A DNA stretch of 62,697 bases, the filler included, from Choristocarpus tenellus KU-1152 (Eukaryota; Protista; Phaeophyceae): the NCBI GenBank assembly GCA_964200185.2. It is 8 parts of 8 records of this genome, joined end to end, with 100 filler letters (N's around TTAATTAATTAA, not from the genome) between each part and the next. Parts side by side here need not be neighbours in the genome. Positions count along the whole stretch, not along the records: positions 9,318 to 18,000 come from CAXNAD020004449.1; positions 18,101 to 36,486 come from CAXNAD020000560.1; 6 more parts are not named here. One strand, 5' to 3'. Positions 13,026 through 24,647 of the stretch are shown here, piece by piece (the stretch's first letter is position 1; every line of letters begins with the position of its first letter). The notes beneath the pieces are model-generated. The model had not been told where the DNA came from, searched no databases, and saw only the letters and a list, made by a program, of their open reading frames with translations. The position numbers and the translations under genes are program-made.

Positions 13026-13594
13026 TATATTCGGAGTGACAGATTTCGACGTCTTCCCATAACGTCTCTTTATGAGTACGTTTTTCCGAAGGCGGATCGG
13101 ATCTCCCATCTCTAAAAGGTTTCTTTTCTGAAACCCATCCGAATCGTGATCCCCTCTTCCTCAGTTCCCCACCTTTCCCTGCAAGTTCTCTCAGTCTTGT
13201 ATTTGTCCAACCATAACCTCGTCCTTTTAGTTATGGTACGTTTTTGTCCGTTTCGTACGTCTCCGCTAGATACTCTCTTCACCACTCTTCCCTGAGTGAA
13301 CAATACCATCATCAGAGGGTACAAGTTGCTGTTGTGGATGAGATGACATCATGGCAGATCATATCCGACCTCCAAGAGAGCACCTTGAAGAGGAAACCAT
13401 TATAAAGGGGTGCTGGGATGAGGCTTTGGAACATAAGGTAAAGGATTGTCACTTAACAGCTCGCGTATATAATGCGCGCGCCGCGCATACAAAAAAGGAG
13501 TGTTTGATTCTTCCGAATTATTTGGATCTTCGAGTTTGGTCATCAAATTTTCAAGGGATGTAGACGTCGCTTGCGCAACTCTTCTTTTGCGTCA

Positions 13595-13838
13595 GAGCCA
13601 AACCAATTGAGAGGTAGGCAGTTTTGAACCCTTCTGCATTCTAAGTCACCTTTCTTGCCCTATGCAATATAATATATTTAATTGCTTTATGTCCAGAATA
13701 GTGCACAGAAAATTGATATCCCCCCTCTCCACAAACAAAGTCACCACGATAAACTACAAACATACTCAATTGCCATCCTTCTACCCTTCTTGGGGTCCTC
13801 AAAATACAACCCTACCTACCCCTCAATTGCTTTGACTC
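13595..13838. mobile_element. MITE family B (GAG...CTC termini, ~24-bp TIR); second copy at 15880-16138
   Basis: Left end gagccaaaccaattgagaggtagg; right end, reverse-complemented, gagtcaaagcaattgaggggtagg. The internal sequence is similar to 15880-16138. Flanks are gtca/atca. Confidence 0.75.
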
Positions 13839-14249
13839 ATCAACCCGAAAGGTTTAATTCATTTTCGTTCAAAAATTACATGTTCCCAAAGTTTTAACGA
13901 GAGGTAAATGCGAGCACCCTTACGAGCCCTTTCAATCTTTAGAGCCCCTCTCACATACGAAATCTTTAAGACCAAGCAATTCATCCATCTGTCTATCTAT
14001 CTATCTGCCTATCTGTTTGTATGTTACCAGTACTGACTCTCTCATGTACGTACATATTCAATATGGCTCCAGGTGTGGGAAATAGGGTTAGCACAGGATT
14101 TTATGCATGCAGAGTCGCTCATTGAAACCCCGAGTATGATTTGGATTTTAGTCATTGAGTTTTGCAAAATAATATTTTCTCGTTCATACTGCAGTTTATC
14201 ATTGGTGGGGAGCTTGTTGAAATGAGACCTAATCTCGCGCCGTGTTGTG

Positions 14250-14550
14250 TCCACAAAAGCTTGGCGTTCTACAAGGAGTTACAACTTGATATATGGGGAT
14301 AACCAAGGGGTGATAAAGGCAGGGACAACCATGGTGTTCGATGGGGGAACGAGCCATGTTGACATAAGTTACAATGTGGAAGATAATACGTGAGCCAGGG
14401 ATTTTTTAAGTCAATGCCAACTGTTCTGCACCTTGCTGACATTTAAATCAAGTGACTTCAAAAGAAGCAGATAGAAGACTTCATAGACACTGCATAGACA
14501 AGATGAATGTAGTGTGTGAGAGTTGAAGAAATATGTGGGGGGGGGTTTCT
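14250..14550 (+). pseudogene. Ty1/Copia RNase H remnant followed by a G-rich PPT-like tract
   Basis: IYGDNQGVIKAG...GTSHVDISY...MPTVLHLADI matches Copia DNQGAI...KHIDI.YH...PT..Q.AD motifs. Multiple stops are present. Confidence 0.8.
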
Positions 14551-15879
14551 TACACTCTGATAGGAAGTGACTGCAATACGATTATATTTATAGTATTATG
14601 TAACCAAACGTATTCGGGTTGACTGACAGTTAATATCTTTATCGGGATATTAATTGACATTTTATTCTGGGTTGAAGTCTACATGCATTATTGTTATTTT
14701 GCCTTGTGACATTTTGGAGATGTGCGAGGGGAAAAACTAATGAGAACTATTCACATGTCTGAAAAATCACTGAAGTCTACATATTCGATTTTTTTCTTGA
14801 TCGCGATAAAGTTCTCTGGAAACGTTGCAAATGGTTCATTTTAGCGATCTTTCTAGCAACAACAAGAGACATTAAACCAAACCCCACAGTCTAAAACAGT
14901 ATCACTCTTCTCTTTTCAACCATTTGATGGCAATCAACAAAGGGGAACTGTGTGAGGCACCCATCTCTTCTCTCTTCTTCCATACTCACACAAATACCAG
15001 TTTAAATCTACATACATCCTGTCCCGCCTGGTAAAATATATCTGGGTATTGCTAATGGGTTGAACCACCGAGTCAGAGTAAACGAGAGGAACCTAGAGTT
15101 GCATTTTAATGATAATGACAAATATGTAGAAAAGTCGGCTTTTTAAACAAACGTGTATAGGACATTGTCTTAATGGTGTCAAAGTTTCAATGGTAGAGAA
15201 ATAAACACCCTCAGGTAGAAGAACTTAAGAACTTCATCCATGTAAATATGGGTGAATTGCAAAAGATTCCAAAACAGGCTTCAAAAGCAAAACGGCCAAG
15301 ACCTGCTTATCTCTCGCTTCCTTTGACTTCACTGCATATTCGTGGATTTATTCGTTCCTCACTTTATTCCACGTGGTACTACATTACAATTTGAAGCTTT
15401 GATGATTCCTCGACCCAACCCCGATAAAATACTGCTTGATAACAGTGTCATGAAGGCCTTTGGTGCAATCCTTGATTATCAGCAACAACGTCTCTTGTTC
15501 CGCAAAAGCTCGTGTATCATTCCAGCAAGATATTATATTACATAGATATCCACACAACAAGTACTCGACGCAAAGGCTACTCCTTCGTGTTTTGTGGTGA
15601 GTGCACAATATCATTTGACCTGCATGGTTACATAAACACTACAACGCACGAGCTGGTCATATACTCATTGTCCGTTGCACAACTGCTGACAGCCTATCTC
15701 TTGATGCTCAGTTGTAGCGGACCCAATTACATATTCCATGGCTGAGGTAGACCAAACCCAACAAATCCCACCATCCATGGAATCATATTGTCGTTGCTCG
15801 GACTCTCTGTACTTAGTCGGCAAGTACCAAATATGTTTTTTGTTCAATTGACAAACCCATCCGTACGCAAGGTTCGTAT

Positions 15880-16138
15880 GAGCCAAACCAATGGAGAGAG
15901 AGGTAGATTTGTACCCTTTTGCACTCCAAGTCGTCTTCCTTACCCTGTGCAATACTCTCTATTTCATTCCTATATGTCCAAGATAGAGTACACAAAATTG
16001 ATATTCCCCTTTCCACACACAAGGTGATACCACAATCTAGCAAAGGCTCTTTCTGCAATGGTACTAAATGGCGCCTTGTTATCCTTTCTCGGGATCCTTA
16101 AACACGCAACCTTGTCTACCTCTCAATTGGTTCAGCTC
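15880..16138. mobile_element. MITE family B copy inserted in the Gypsy remnant
   Basis: gagccaaaccaatggagagaggtag ... ctacctctcaattggttcagctc; homologous to 13595-13838. Confidence 0.7.
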
Positions 16139-16990
16139 TATCAAGAAACACCTTGTGATTGACCACTTGACACCACTTTTTGATCAAATGCCCAAAACCG
16201 TTAGTGCTCTGAATGCTGTTTCTCCATTGTTCAGTAAGAGTTAGAGATGAGCCAAATCAAACTTTCAGTAGCAAAGATGCTTTCAGACTCAAAGTATCTG
16301 GGAGGGGGTGGCGGCTGTCCATTTGGGGTCAATTTTTTCATNNNNNNNNNNCCCCCTCCCAGATACTTTGGGTCTCAAAGAAACCACATTCAATCAGTCA
16401 CAAGTGTTTCAAATAGGAACCAGTGTGCTCGTCACAGATGAGTGTTGTCCTTGAATGCAGCAGAACTGGGAAGTTGTAATCTAGCTGAAGCAGAAATTCT
16501 CACAGAGGTTGTTGTTAGGAACCCATATAGAGAGCAAACCCTCGTACTCTACAAAGTGATTGACAGGTGTGTTCGCACTGTGGAAAAATAAGACATAATA
16601 TAAAACATACCAGCCCTTGGGGGAATCATGTTACCATCGTAGCCAAGTCTAATGACTATCCATAATTCCGTATAGACTATTTTCGACTGTTTGCATATAT
16701 CTGGTTAGACAAACTTGACCTATGCCTGATATGGAATCACATATTGACATCTTGGGATGGTGCCAAATTTATGACCGTTTGTGATATTCAGAGTGCGTAT
16801 TGGCAGATTCCAGTTGCTGAGCTGATGTTGATAAGGCTACTTTCATCACTTCCAGAGGAAAGCATGCTTTTCAGGAGATGTCATTTGGGATATCAAATGC
16901 TCCCTCGCAATTTCAAAGGAATATATCATATTAGCCTTTGCCCACCTTTGGCTCACTTAGTTGTTGCTCGCCTACATGGATAATTTCATT

Positions 16991-17262
16991 GAGTCAAAGT
17001 ATCATAGAGGTAGAGATGGGTCCGTTTGGGGGCCAAAATCTAATGTTGCGATTTTGATTAAAATTTGGCTACCGTGTTTGTTTGGAAGTGTCAAAATCCT
17101 TGTTCCGGACACAAACATTATACCTACTCCAAAATTGTATACATTTTTCCTACTCCCCGAAACATTTCGGAGTGGGAAAATGTCATCAAGAACCCGTGGG
17201 AAGCCAAGCCTCAAGCGGACAAACACAGGGTAAACCTGGTACCCTCAAAGAAACTTTCACTC
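16991..17262. mobile_element. MITE family A copy 1 (GAG...CTC, ~23-bp TIR), inserted just after the Gypsy YMDN motif
   Basis: gagtcaaagtatcatagaggtag ... taccctcaaagaaactttcactc, with att duplicated on both sides. Excising it restores YMDNFIACS. Confidence 0.85.
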
Positions 17263-17435
17263 ATTGCTTGTTCTCCCACATGGGAAGGACACTTGCACTT
17301 ACTAGAGCAGCAGTTTAAAGCTTTACAAGCTGCAGATTCTTAATCTTATAACTGTAAAAAAACAATTTGGACCAAGGAAGTCCATTACTTGGGTCATATA
17401 TATTGTGGTCTGAAGGGATTCGTAGCGGTGAAGAT

Positions 17436-17693
17436 GAGCCAAAGTATCTTAGAGGGTAGAGCCGCGTCCATTTCGAGGTCAATTTCGAATGTTCCGATTT
17501 TGATGTAATTTTGACTATCATGTTTTTGAGGAAGTGTCAATATCCTTGTTCCGGACAAACCTTTTCATCACGTGCAAATTTTACCTACTCCGAAACATAT
17601 CGGAGTAGGAAAAAGTCATAAAACACCTGTGGAAAGCCAAGTCCCATATGGACAAACAGGGCAAAAATCGTAGCCTCTAAGATACTTTCACTC
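17436..17693. mobile_element. MITE family A copy 2, TSD AGAT
   Basis: agat|gagccaaagtatcttagagggtag ... tagcctctaagatactttcactc|agat. Confidence 0.9.
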
Positions 17694-18112
17694 AGATTAT
17701 GTTCGTGCCACCGCTGAATTCTCTCAAAACCTACCACAATTAAACAACTTCGATCTGTCCTAGGTATGGTTCATTTTATGCATGTATTTATACATAACCT
17801 AGCCACAGCGATCGAACCTTTAGTTCGTCTTACCAAGAAGGGTGTCAATAAGAATATTGCTAAGGATGGGGAATGGACCAGGATGCGGCATTTTTCAAAA
17901 TGAAGTAAGTACTCAATGTAGAGTTGGTGTTACAGGCGATTAGAGCGAGTATTTCTTCTTATATTTCAACGAAGTGCAAACGTTTGTTACACGCGAATAG
18001 NNNNNNNNNNNNNNNNNNNNNNNNNNNNNNNNNNNNNNNNNNNNTTAATTAATTAANNNNNNNNNNNNNNNNNNNNNNNNNNNNNNNNNNNNNNNNNNNN
18101 ATCTTGCAGAGG

Positions 18113-18267
18113 TTTCCCGCTGCACAAGGCATGGCTTCCACTTTATTCCCCTACCGGCAATGTACTGTACTGCTATGGTAGCATGACTCAGGAAGAAAGG
18201 CACTTTTCGTGACAATTTTTTCGCGCGCGCCACTCTCGCGTGAATATATCTGTGATTTTGCGCCAAA
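18113..18267. promoter_or_regulatory. Cluster of three E2F-consensus sites upstream of NAA10
   Basis: TTTCCCGC at 18113-18120, TTTCGCGC at 18219-18226, and GCGCCAAA (reverse complement TTTGGCGC) at 18260-18267; all fit TTTSSCGC. Confidence 0.45.
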
Positions 18268-18502
18268 TCGCCCGAATACAACAATTCCTGTACAAAAGCC
18301 TATTTTTTGGGGGCATGTCGAAAATAAGCGGTACAGAATTGAATATTTTGAATTTGGTTCATAATATTTGGCCCAAAATAGGGCAACCAACTGTACCTCC
18401 CACACAATAATAATAAAATGTGTTATACTGTCAATATGTGGGTTTTGTCTCCAATCCAAGATTAACCATTCTCTGTTGTGGTTTACAATAGTGCCAGGAA
18501 GA

Positions 18503-20905
18503 ATGGCTCTCTCTATCCGTCCTGCGACGGTCAATGACCTCCTTCAGATGCAAACAGCCAATCTATGGTGCCTTCCCGAAAACTATCAGTTGAAATACTA
18601 CTTCTATCATGTCCTCTCATGGCCCCAACTCCTTCACGTTGCGGAGGACTACAAGGGTGAGGAACCTCAAAGCTCGATCAACAGAATAGAAGCACGGGTC
18701 CGCTCTAAGAACTGACAGATATTTCTCCCTCTTGTCGTGACACTCAGGTAAGATAGTGGGATACGTACTGGCGAAAATGGAGGAGGATGCAAACACTCCG
18801 CATGGTCATATCACGTCTGTCGCAGTGCTCCGATCACACAGAAAGAGGTACGTGATTTTTCCTTAGATCCCATTTGAATTATCTCCTCAATTCTCTGCAT
18901 GGACTAACTCAATCCATGCATGAACCTTCTGGGATGCAGGGGAATCGCTACACGCCTTATGCGCTGCAGCCAGGTATGCATGAAGGAGACCTTTGAAGCA
19001 CAGTACGTGTCACTTCACGTTCGCAAGAGCAACGAGGCGGCCTTCCACCTGTATACCGAAACCCTGGGGTATCAGGTGAGATTGCCAGACGGCAGTGTCG
19101 GAGATATTGTTTCACCTGATGCCTGTACTATGTTGAGTAACTACATCCGGGTACCAAATGTGTCGCGAGAATATGGGTCTCTATGTGGATTCCATGTCCA
19201 AGAACCTCTTTTCAAAGACTTCACACTGTGGAGATGGACCAGTGTACGTTGTGGGTGGCGATGGAAGTATTCTATGCTCAAGCAGGAGTTGCATGTCAAA
19301 CATGGTAAAGGAATACCTGTTGGCACCATTTTCTAAGATGTTTGGTGGATGGTGTGCTGTGTTGACACAGCCTTGTAAGGGAGTGACTTAAGAATGTGAT
19401 GGGGCTCGACTGTTTTTTTCGTGTTGGTATTTTGAATGTTGTGCATGGCCGAGGAGTTTGGATTACTGACATTGGCAATGATCTTTCTACTTTTTGTGCA
19501 CGGCCTAACCCTAACCCTAACCCAATGTTCCACCTGTGAACTTCCCTCACCAAGGGATGCTGATATCCTGGTGATATTTGTAAATTTCTCACAGTGATTA
19601 AGATCTCTGTTCTGCTTCATCAATCGCTTGGCTGACTTGACCTTGGTGCAGACAATGTGTGAATGATGCACATATCCCGTCATAATATCTAGTTGGGTAA
19701 AGGGTACACTTACCGACGTATATCCATACGATGTACTCGGTGGGGTAGTATTTTGTTTTTGTTGCCATCTGTACGTCGATACTTTTTGGTGTTGGGTTAG
19801 GGTTAGGGTTAGGGTTATAAATAGAATGATACGGCTTGGGATGTTTGGTGTGCTTACAGCCCACTGCGGTAGTGCCACTAAATGTAGATCAGGGACGTGA
19901 ATAGGGTGACACTTTAGGCAGTGCCACTAAATGTAGATCAGGGACGTGAATAGGGTGACACTTTAGGCAGCTCCGTGGTATTACTGCAAAGGAAATTGTC
20001 AAACGTATGTTGGGTTTGGGCTTTTACCAACAGACACCTTGACAACTTCATAGCAATCTAAAAAGCTACCTTTGTTTAGTAGCTGTCAATCTCCGATTTT
20101 TTCGGAGAAGTCAGGGCCACACCAAATAATGGAACTCTATACATGGTGTAGACACAGGGTGATCTGTGTATGTAAATCAGGTTTTCGTGCTTGTGCTGCT
20201 TTGAAATGCCCTATGTTCCTAAAATATTTTTGGCTTTTCCCCCATGGTAGTGAAGTGCTGCATACACACCTGAAAAACAGTGTCAGTATTACATCATGAC
20301 ATAAGTTCTTTGCAATCACTCTGGAATATTATTTGCTGGAAGTGTCCTATGTCTCATGCTATGTTAGACAGTAGGTATTAGGCGTACATGCAAACCTGCA
20401 TAACATCTACCTGAATGTGAAACAAGTGCTTTCAAAGTCACACTAACAGGTTACCAATGGACTATGAAATGCTGATAGAACTGCTGAAGAGCAGCATTGG
20501 CCGTAAAGTGTAGAACATGCAGATCATCCCTGCAAGTCTCAGCTGACACATAACTCTTCTAATTTGTTCCAGATCAATGATATAGAGAAGGGGTACTATG
20601 CTGATGGTGAAGATGCGTATGATATGCGACTACCCTTCCCAATGGAGGTCAACGGACGAACCTGCATCACCACAGGGACCACCAAAGGAACTGGGAAGAA
20701 ACCCTGGAAGGCGAAGTCTAAGGGGGATCACAAGGATCAGACAACAGCAGCAGCTACATCAGGGGAACAGATCGGAAGTGACCCGGTTGAGGTGAACACT
20801 GTCAAAGAGGGTCAGTCCGAAGGAGCAGGTGGAGTGGATGGGGCTGCAGAGGACTTGGAGAATCTGGCAATATCAGGGGATGAAAAAAAGGATGGGGAAT
20901 CTTAA
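18503..20905 (+). CDS. NAA10: N-alpha-acetyltransferase 10 (NatA catalytic subunit, ARD1), 240 aa; exons 18503-18656, 18748-18847, 18940-19075, 20573-20905
   Basis: [63 protein letters not shown]...[23 protein letters not shown]...[39 protein letters not shown]. All introns are GT-AG and phase-consistent. Confidence 0.97.
19871..19970. repeat. Perfect 49-bp tandem duplication in NAA10 intron 3
   Basis: agtgccactaaatgtagatcagggacgtgaatagggtgacactttaggc occurs twice in tandem. Confidence 0.95.
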
Positions 20906-23642
20906 AGCTTGTATCAACTGTTATTCTCAGCTACAGATAGTGTGTGTGTTGTAGTGATGGTGAGTGGAGAGGGATAGTCTGTGGGTGGGAATGGAGAGAG
21001 ATAGTTGGTATGGTATTTTTAACGCAACACTGTGTTGTCAGTGCAACAATCGAGATAGTTAGCCAAAACTCCTGTTGAAGATTGAAAGTTTTTTACCAGA
21101 GGAGATGTCCTCGTCTGTGTCAAAATAGGCTGTTGGAAAATGAGACTGAAACAATACATGGAGATTGATGTCAGACAGTTTGATACCTCATGAAATGAAC
21201 TCTTCTGCAATGTTATATTTGATCACTACCCTGCCCTTTGACATTTTTTTTTTTCAATTTCTCAATCTTCGTTGTTGAATGCTTTTCATTTTGATTGAAC
21301 TGTCCTTTGCGCACCAACCTCTTTGAAGATTCTTGGATGAAACTGATTTGTGCAAAGACTGAACAGAAGATGTGTGTAACTTCTTTTATGTCTGCACTTA
21401 CTCCACTTCAAACTGCAGTTGTGATCTGTCCTGTTGCACAGAGTTTCTGTATGATAGAGAGTAGTGAAATCTTCTCTTTGTGGTAGAGATGCCTATAAAT
21501 GAACTTAATGGATCTCTCAGCTCTACAAATGGTTGTACAGAGTAATGCAGTAACTCAATCTCAAACGTTTGTTGTGCAGTCCAGAGTATGCTGGACTGTC
21601 CAAATTTTGTAGTGGTGTCCCATACACTTCCTTGTGAGTATCACAGATTCAAAGGAAAGGGAAAGAAAAGACGTATGTCCTCCTATACAGTGCTCAAGTG
21701 CTGCAAAGGAATACATTAATGTTGCTGTATCATATTTTTTTCTAAAGTGGTTTGGATTTTACCCTCTTCCAACTCTGCGTCAAGAATTATAGGTCACAAG
21801 TATTACCTCTGTCTCATGCAGTGGCGAGACTGTGACCAGAACACACCAAGTAACCCTGTCAGGTAACTAAACCTGGTGGCAGATTCAAGATGGTTTATTT
21901 GTAACACCTTTCAGAACAATAGTGACTATGATGGTGTCTGCACTTGGTAACATGATATCCTCCCACAGTACTATTAAAAGTGGGGGAGGTTTTGGTCGTC
22001 ACCATTGAGTTCCTTGTGAAGTAGGCCTTGTTGGACATGTCAATGCCACCAATCTGTTAAGGGCAACCCTAGTGTGGGTCAAAATGGAGAGGCCTCCCAT
22101 GGAGTAGTTGATACAATCTGATGGGAGAAAACAACTTGCTACAGAGTATTTTGCATCTGTCTATGATATGTATGACTTCATCCCTCCATTACTTCAGCAT
22201 AATGTTTTGTAGCAAGTATGAACATCATCACCATAGCAAATAACACATCAAAAAGCAATCTTTCCAGATTTATTAGGGATTGCAACAATCTGTCACACAC
22301 GCTAAAATGATAGTTGTTCCAGAGTACCTAAAAGTTAACTTCTGAGACTGTTACGCCTACTCACCAATTTTGTGTTGTGAGAAAGGTGTTTAAGACTCCT
22401 GTTGTAGAGGACCAGATCTATACTAAGGCTTTTCCTAGCCTTCAAAACGGTTGCAACTATGATTTCAATCTTGAGCACAATTTCATTGTAGGAAAAGTTA
22501 CTACAAAGGAACGGAATGGGGGGAACCAGTGCCCACCATCAAATGATCTTGTGTTAGAAATAGTGCCCAAACTGATTGGTCGGCATCCTGCCAAAAGAAT
22601 GGACTGGTTGATTTACTTCGGTGCCTATACTACAGACTCTTCTCAAGGTGTCTTTTGCATCACAAGGAGGACAGCAGCAAGTACTCAACTCCTTCCCCCT
22701 TCCCGACACAAGATACTTGTTGAGACAGGATATAAATTTGACCTAAGGATGTGTACACCTTTGTGCTTAGAAAAGGGTAAATGAGGCAACTTCTAGAAAA
22801 AATATTTGAGAACACATGAGGTTCCACAGTGCATCCCCCTGTACCTGGATTCAGAGATAACAATCTGCAAGAACTAGCACAACATTTCACACTTAGCTCT
22901 GTCCAACTTGTTACCCATTTACTGATGGTTGGTGTCCACTGGAGCTTGTTGACAGCTACATCAAGTCAAGATCGAGGTGTTGAGCATCCTGCTTGCACTG
23001 CCGATTCTTATTACCTTGCCCACTCTAAGGCCAACAGCGGTTCTATTATAATGAGCAATTGACCACTGACCTAGTTCATTCATTTCGTCACACATGATGG
23101 CTTTTAACTAAGTCAAACCCTGCACTTGGAGCTGTCCAGCACAAAATCCTTTTTTCATTTGACCAGGTCAAAATATATGGATGATTACAGAACTCAGTTT
23201 GCAATAACCTCCAGTCCTTTGTATTTACAATGCACCACCAAATAAAGCACTAGTACATCATGTAGTGAATTTGCTACACGGACAAGTGCTGAAAATAAAA
23301 CCAATATTTTAGTAGATGTAGCATGTCTGCACAAAGGCAACGACAGGAGGCCTGATTGAGTGGTGTTTGCCCACTTGCCAAATATGTGAAGCACCAAAAT
23401 ATAATGTAAATGGGTCAAGACGAGCCGATCCCTCTCCTGGGCATCAAAGACTCAACACTGCCTCGAACTTTACAAGTAGTGTGGAAGAAATAATCCTCCC
23501 GACTAAGCGTGGAATATACGGTTTTCCTGGTCTTCACAAGGACAGGAAAGAGAGGGTGGGCATCAGCATTCAAACATTTGCCATCCACCCTTGCCAGAGG
23601 ATGCTACACAATAAAGGGAAAATGGAAGGAGCCGGGTGAGGA

Positions 23643-24365
23643 TTAAAAGTCGGAACACCTCCCATTCCGCTCCCAGTCTCCGAATCGAGTGGGTTCGCTG
23701 AGCCTTCCACCTCGTGTGGGCCCTCCCCACTCCATCCCCTTGGGTCCGTCAACTAACATTTCCTCCATTTCCTCTTCATCCCCTTCAACTGCCATTAATA
23801 AGAACAGGATTTAGCGCACAGGGAGGTAATTTCATCTGGATTGCGGTTTGGCATGGAGCTTTCCCTCAGACAGGTTAGTTTACTCATTCCGCTGGTTAAG
23901 GTCCCAGTTGAAAACAGGGACATTTTTCATACCCCAAACATGTCAATTGAATGCACTCCTCAACTATGATCAAAAACAGTAATCGTCAATGCGTACTTCT
24001 GCCTCAGAAGTAGTATCTGTTGGAATATGTCTGCGGACGAGGTCAGTCTCCCACAAGGGTTACTACCTTGACCTGACCTTCAGTTGACATAATGAAGACA
24101 GGAACAAGGAAAGAAACAGTACTTGAGCCTTACCTGGGTCATCCCCACAAATTTCTAGCTTGACGGTCTTGTCCTTCTTTCCCTTCCCGGATGTGTCTAT
24201 CTCCACTCCCTCATTCGATAAGGCCGACTCCTTTCCGGTGACCTTTCCAGATGAACATCGATAACTACCAAACACCACAAGACCTTGTTGTTGGGTTATT
24301 GATCTTGGCCCTGCTACAAGTGCGTATCGAAGACACCAGCCCATCTGACGTGCTGCTGTCGACAT
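23643..24365 (-). CDS. SDHAF4: Succinate dehydrogenase assembly factor 4 (Sdh8/DUF1674), mitochondrial, 123 aa; exons 24365-24134, 23782-23643
   Basis: The C-terminus EWGGPTRGGRLSEPTRFGDWERNGRCSDF* is the SDHAF4 signature. The N-terminus MSTAARQMGWCLRYALVAGPRS resembles a mitochondrial presequence. The phase-1 intron is GT-AG. Confidence 0.92.
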
Positions 24366-24647
24366 TTCTGGACGTCCCGCTACTCTTTTCCCCCAACAAC
24401 AGAGCTTCTCCTCTTCCTGTGGGTGAGGAAAGTTGTGGTTTGGTGTTTGGTATCGACTTCGAAGTAACGCCTTCGGAGTCGGATTCCGCCGCGTCTGTTA
24501 GTTAGTCTCATCACCTTAGTCTCGTACTACCTGAAGCAACACCATGGTAAAGTCGACAGGCTCACTTTTCCCGTGAGGACGTTGGAGTCTAGTATTATCT
24601 ACTGCTGGTCTACATTTGACTCTCATTGCCCACTGTGAGATAGGGGC

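Larger units (their letters stand above)
15300..17990 (+). mobile_element. Decayed Ty3/Gypsy pol (protease end, RT, RT-RNase H linker) interrupted by several MITEs
   Basis: ILLDNSVMKAFGAILDYQQQRLLF (protease end); GAKFMTVCDIQSAYWQIPVAE; LAYMDNF[MITE]IACSPTWEGHLHLLEQQFKALQAA; HYLGHI; KQLRSVLGMVHF...LATAIEPLVRLTKKG. Confidence 0.85.

Noticed and set aside
21000-23500. Possible DIRS/LINE remnant or extra gene between NAA10 and SDHAF4
   Set aside because: I found no recognisable RT, RNase H or recombinase motif and no consistent exon chain.
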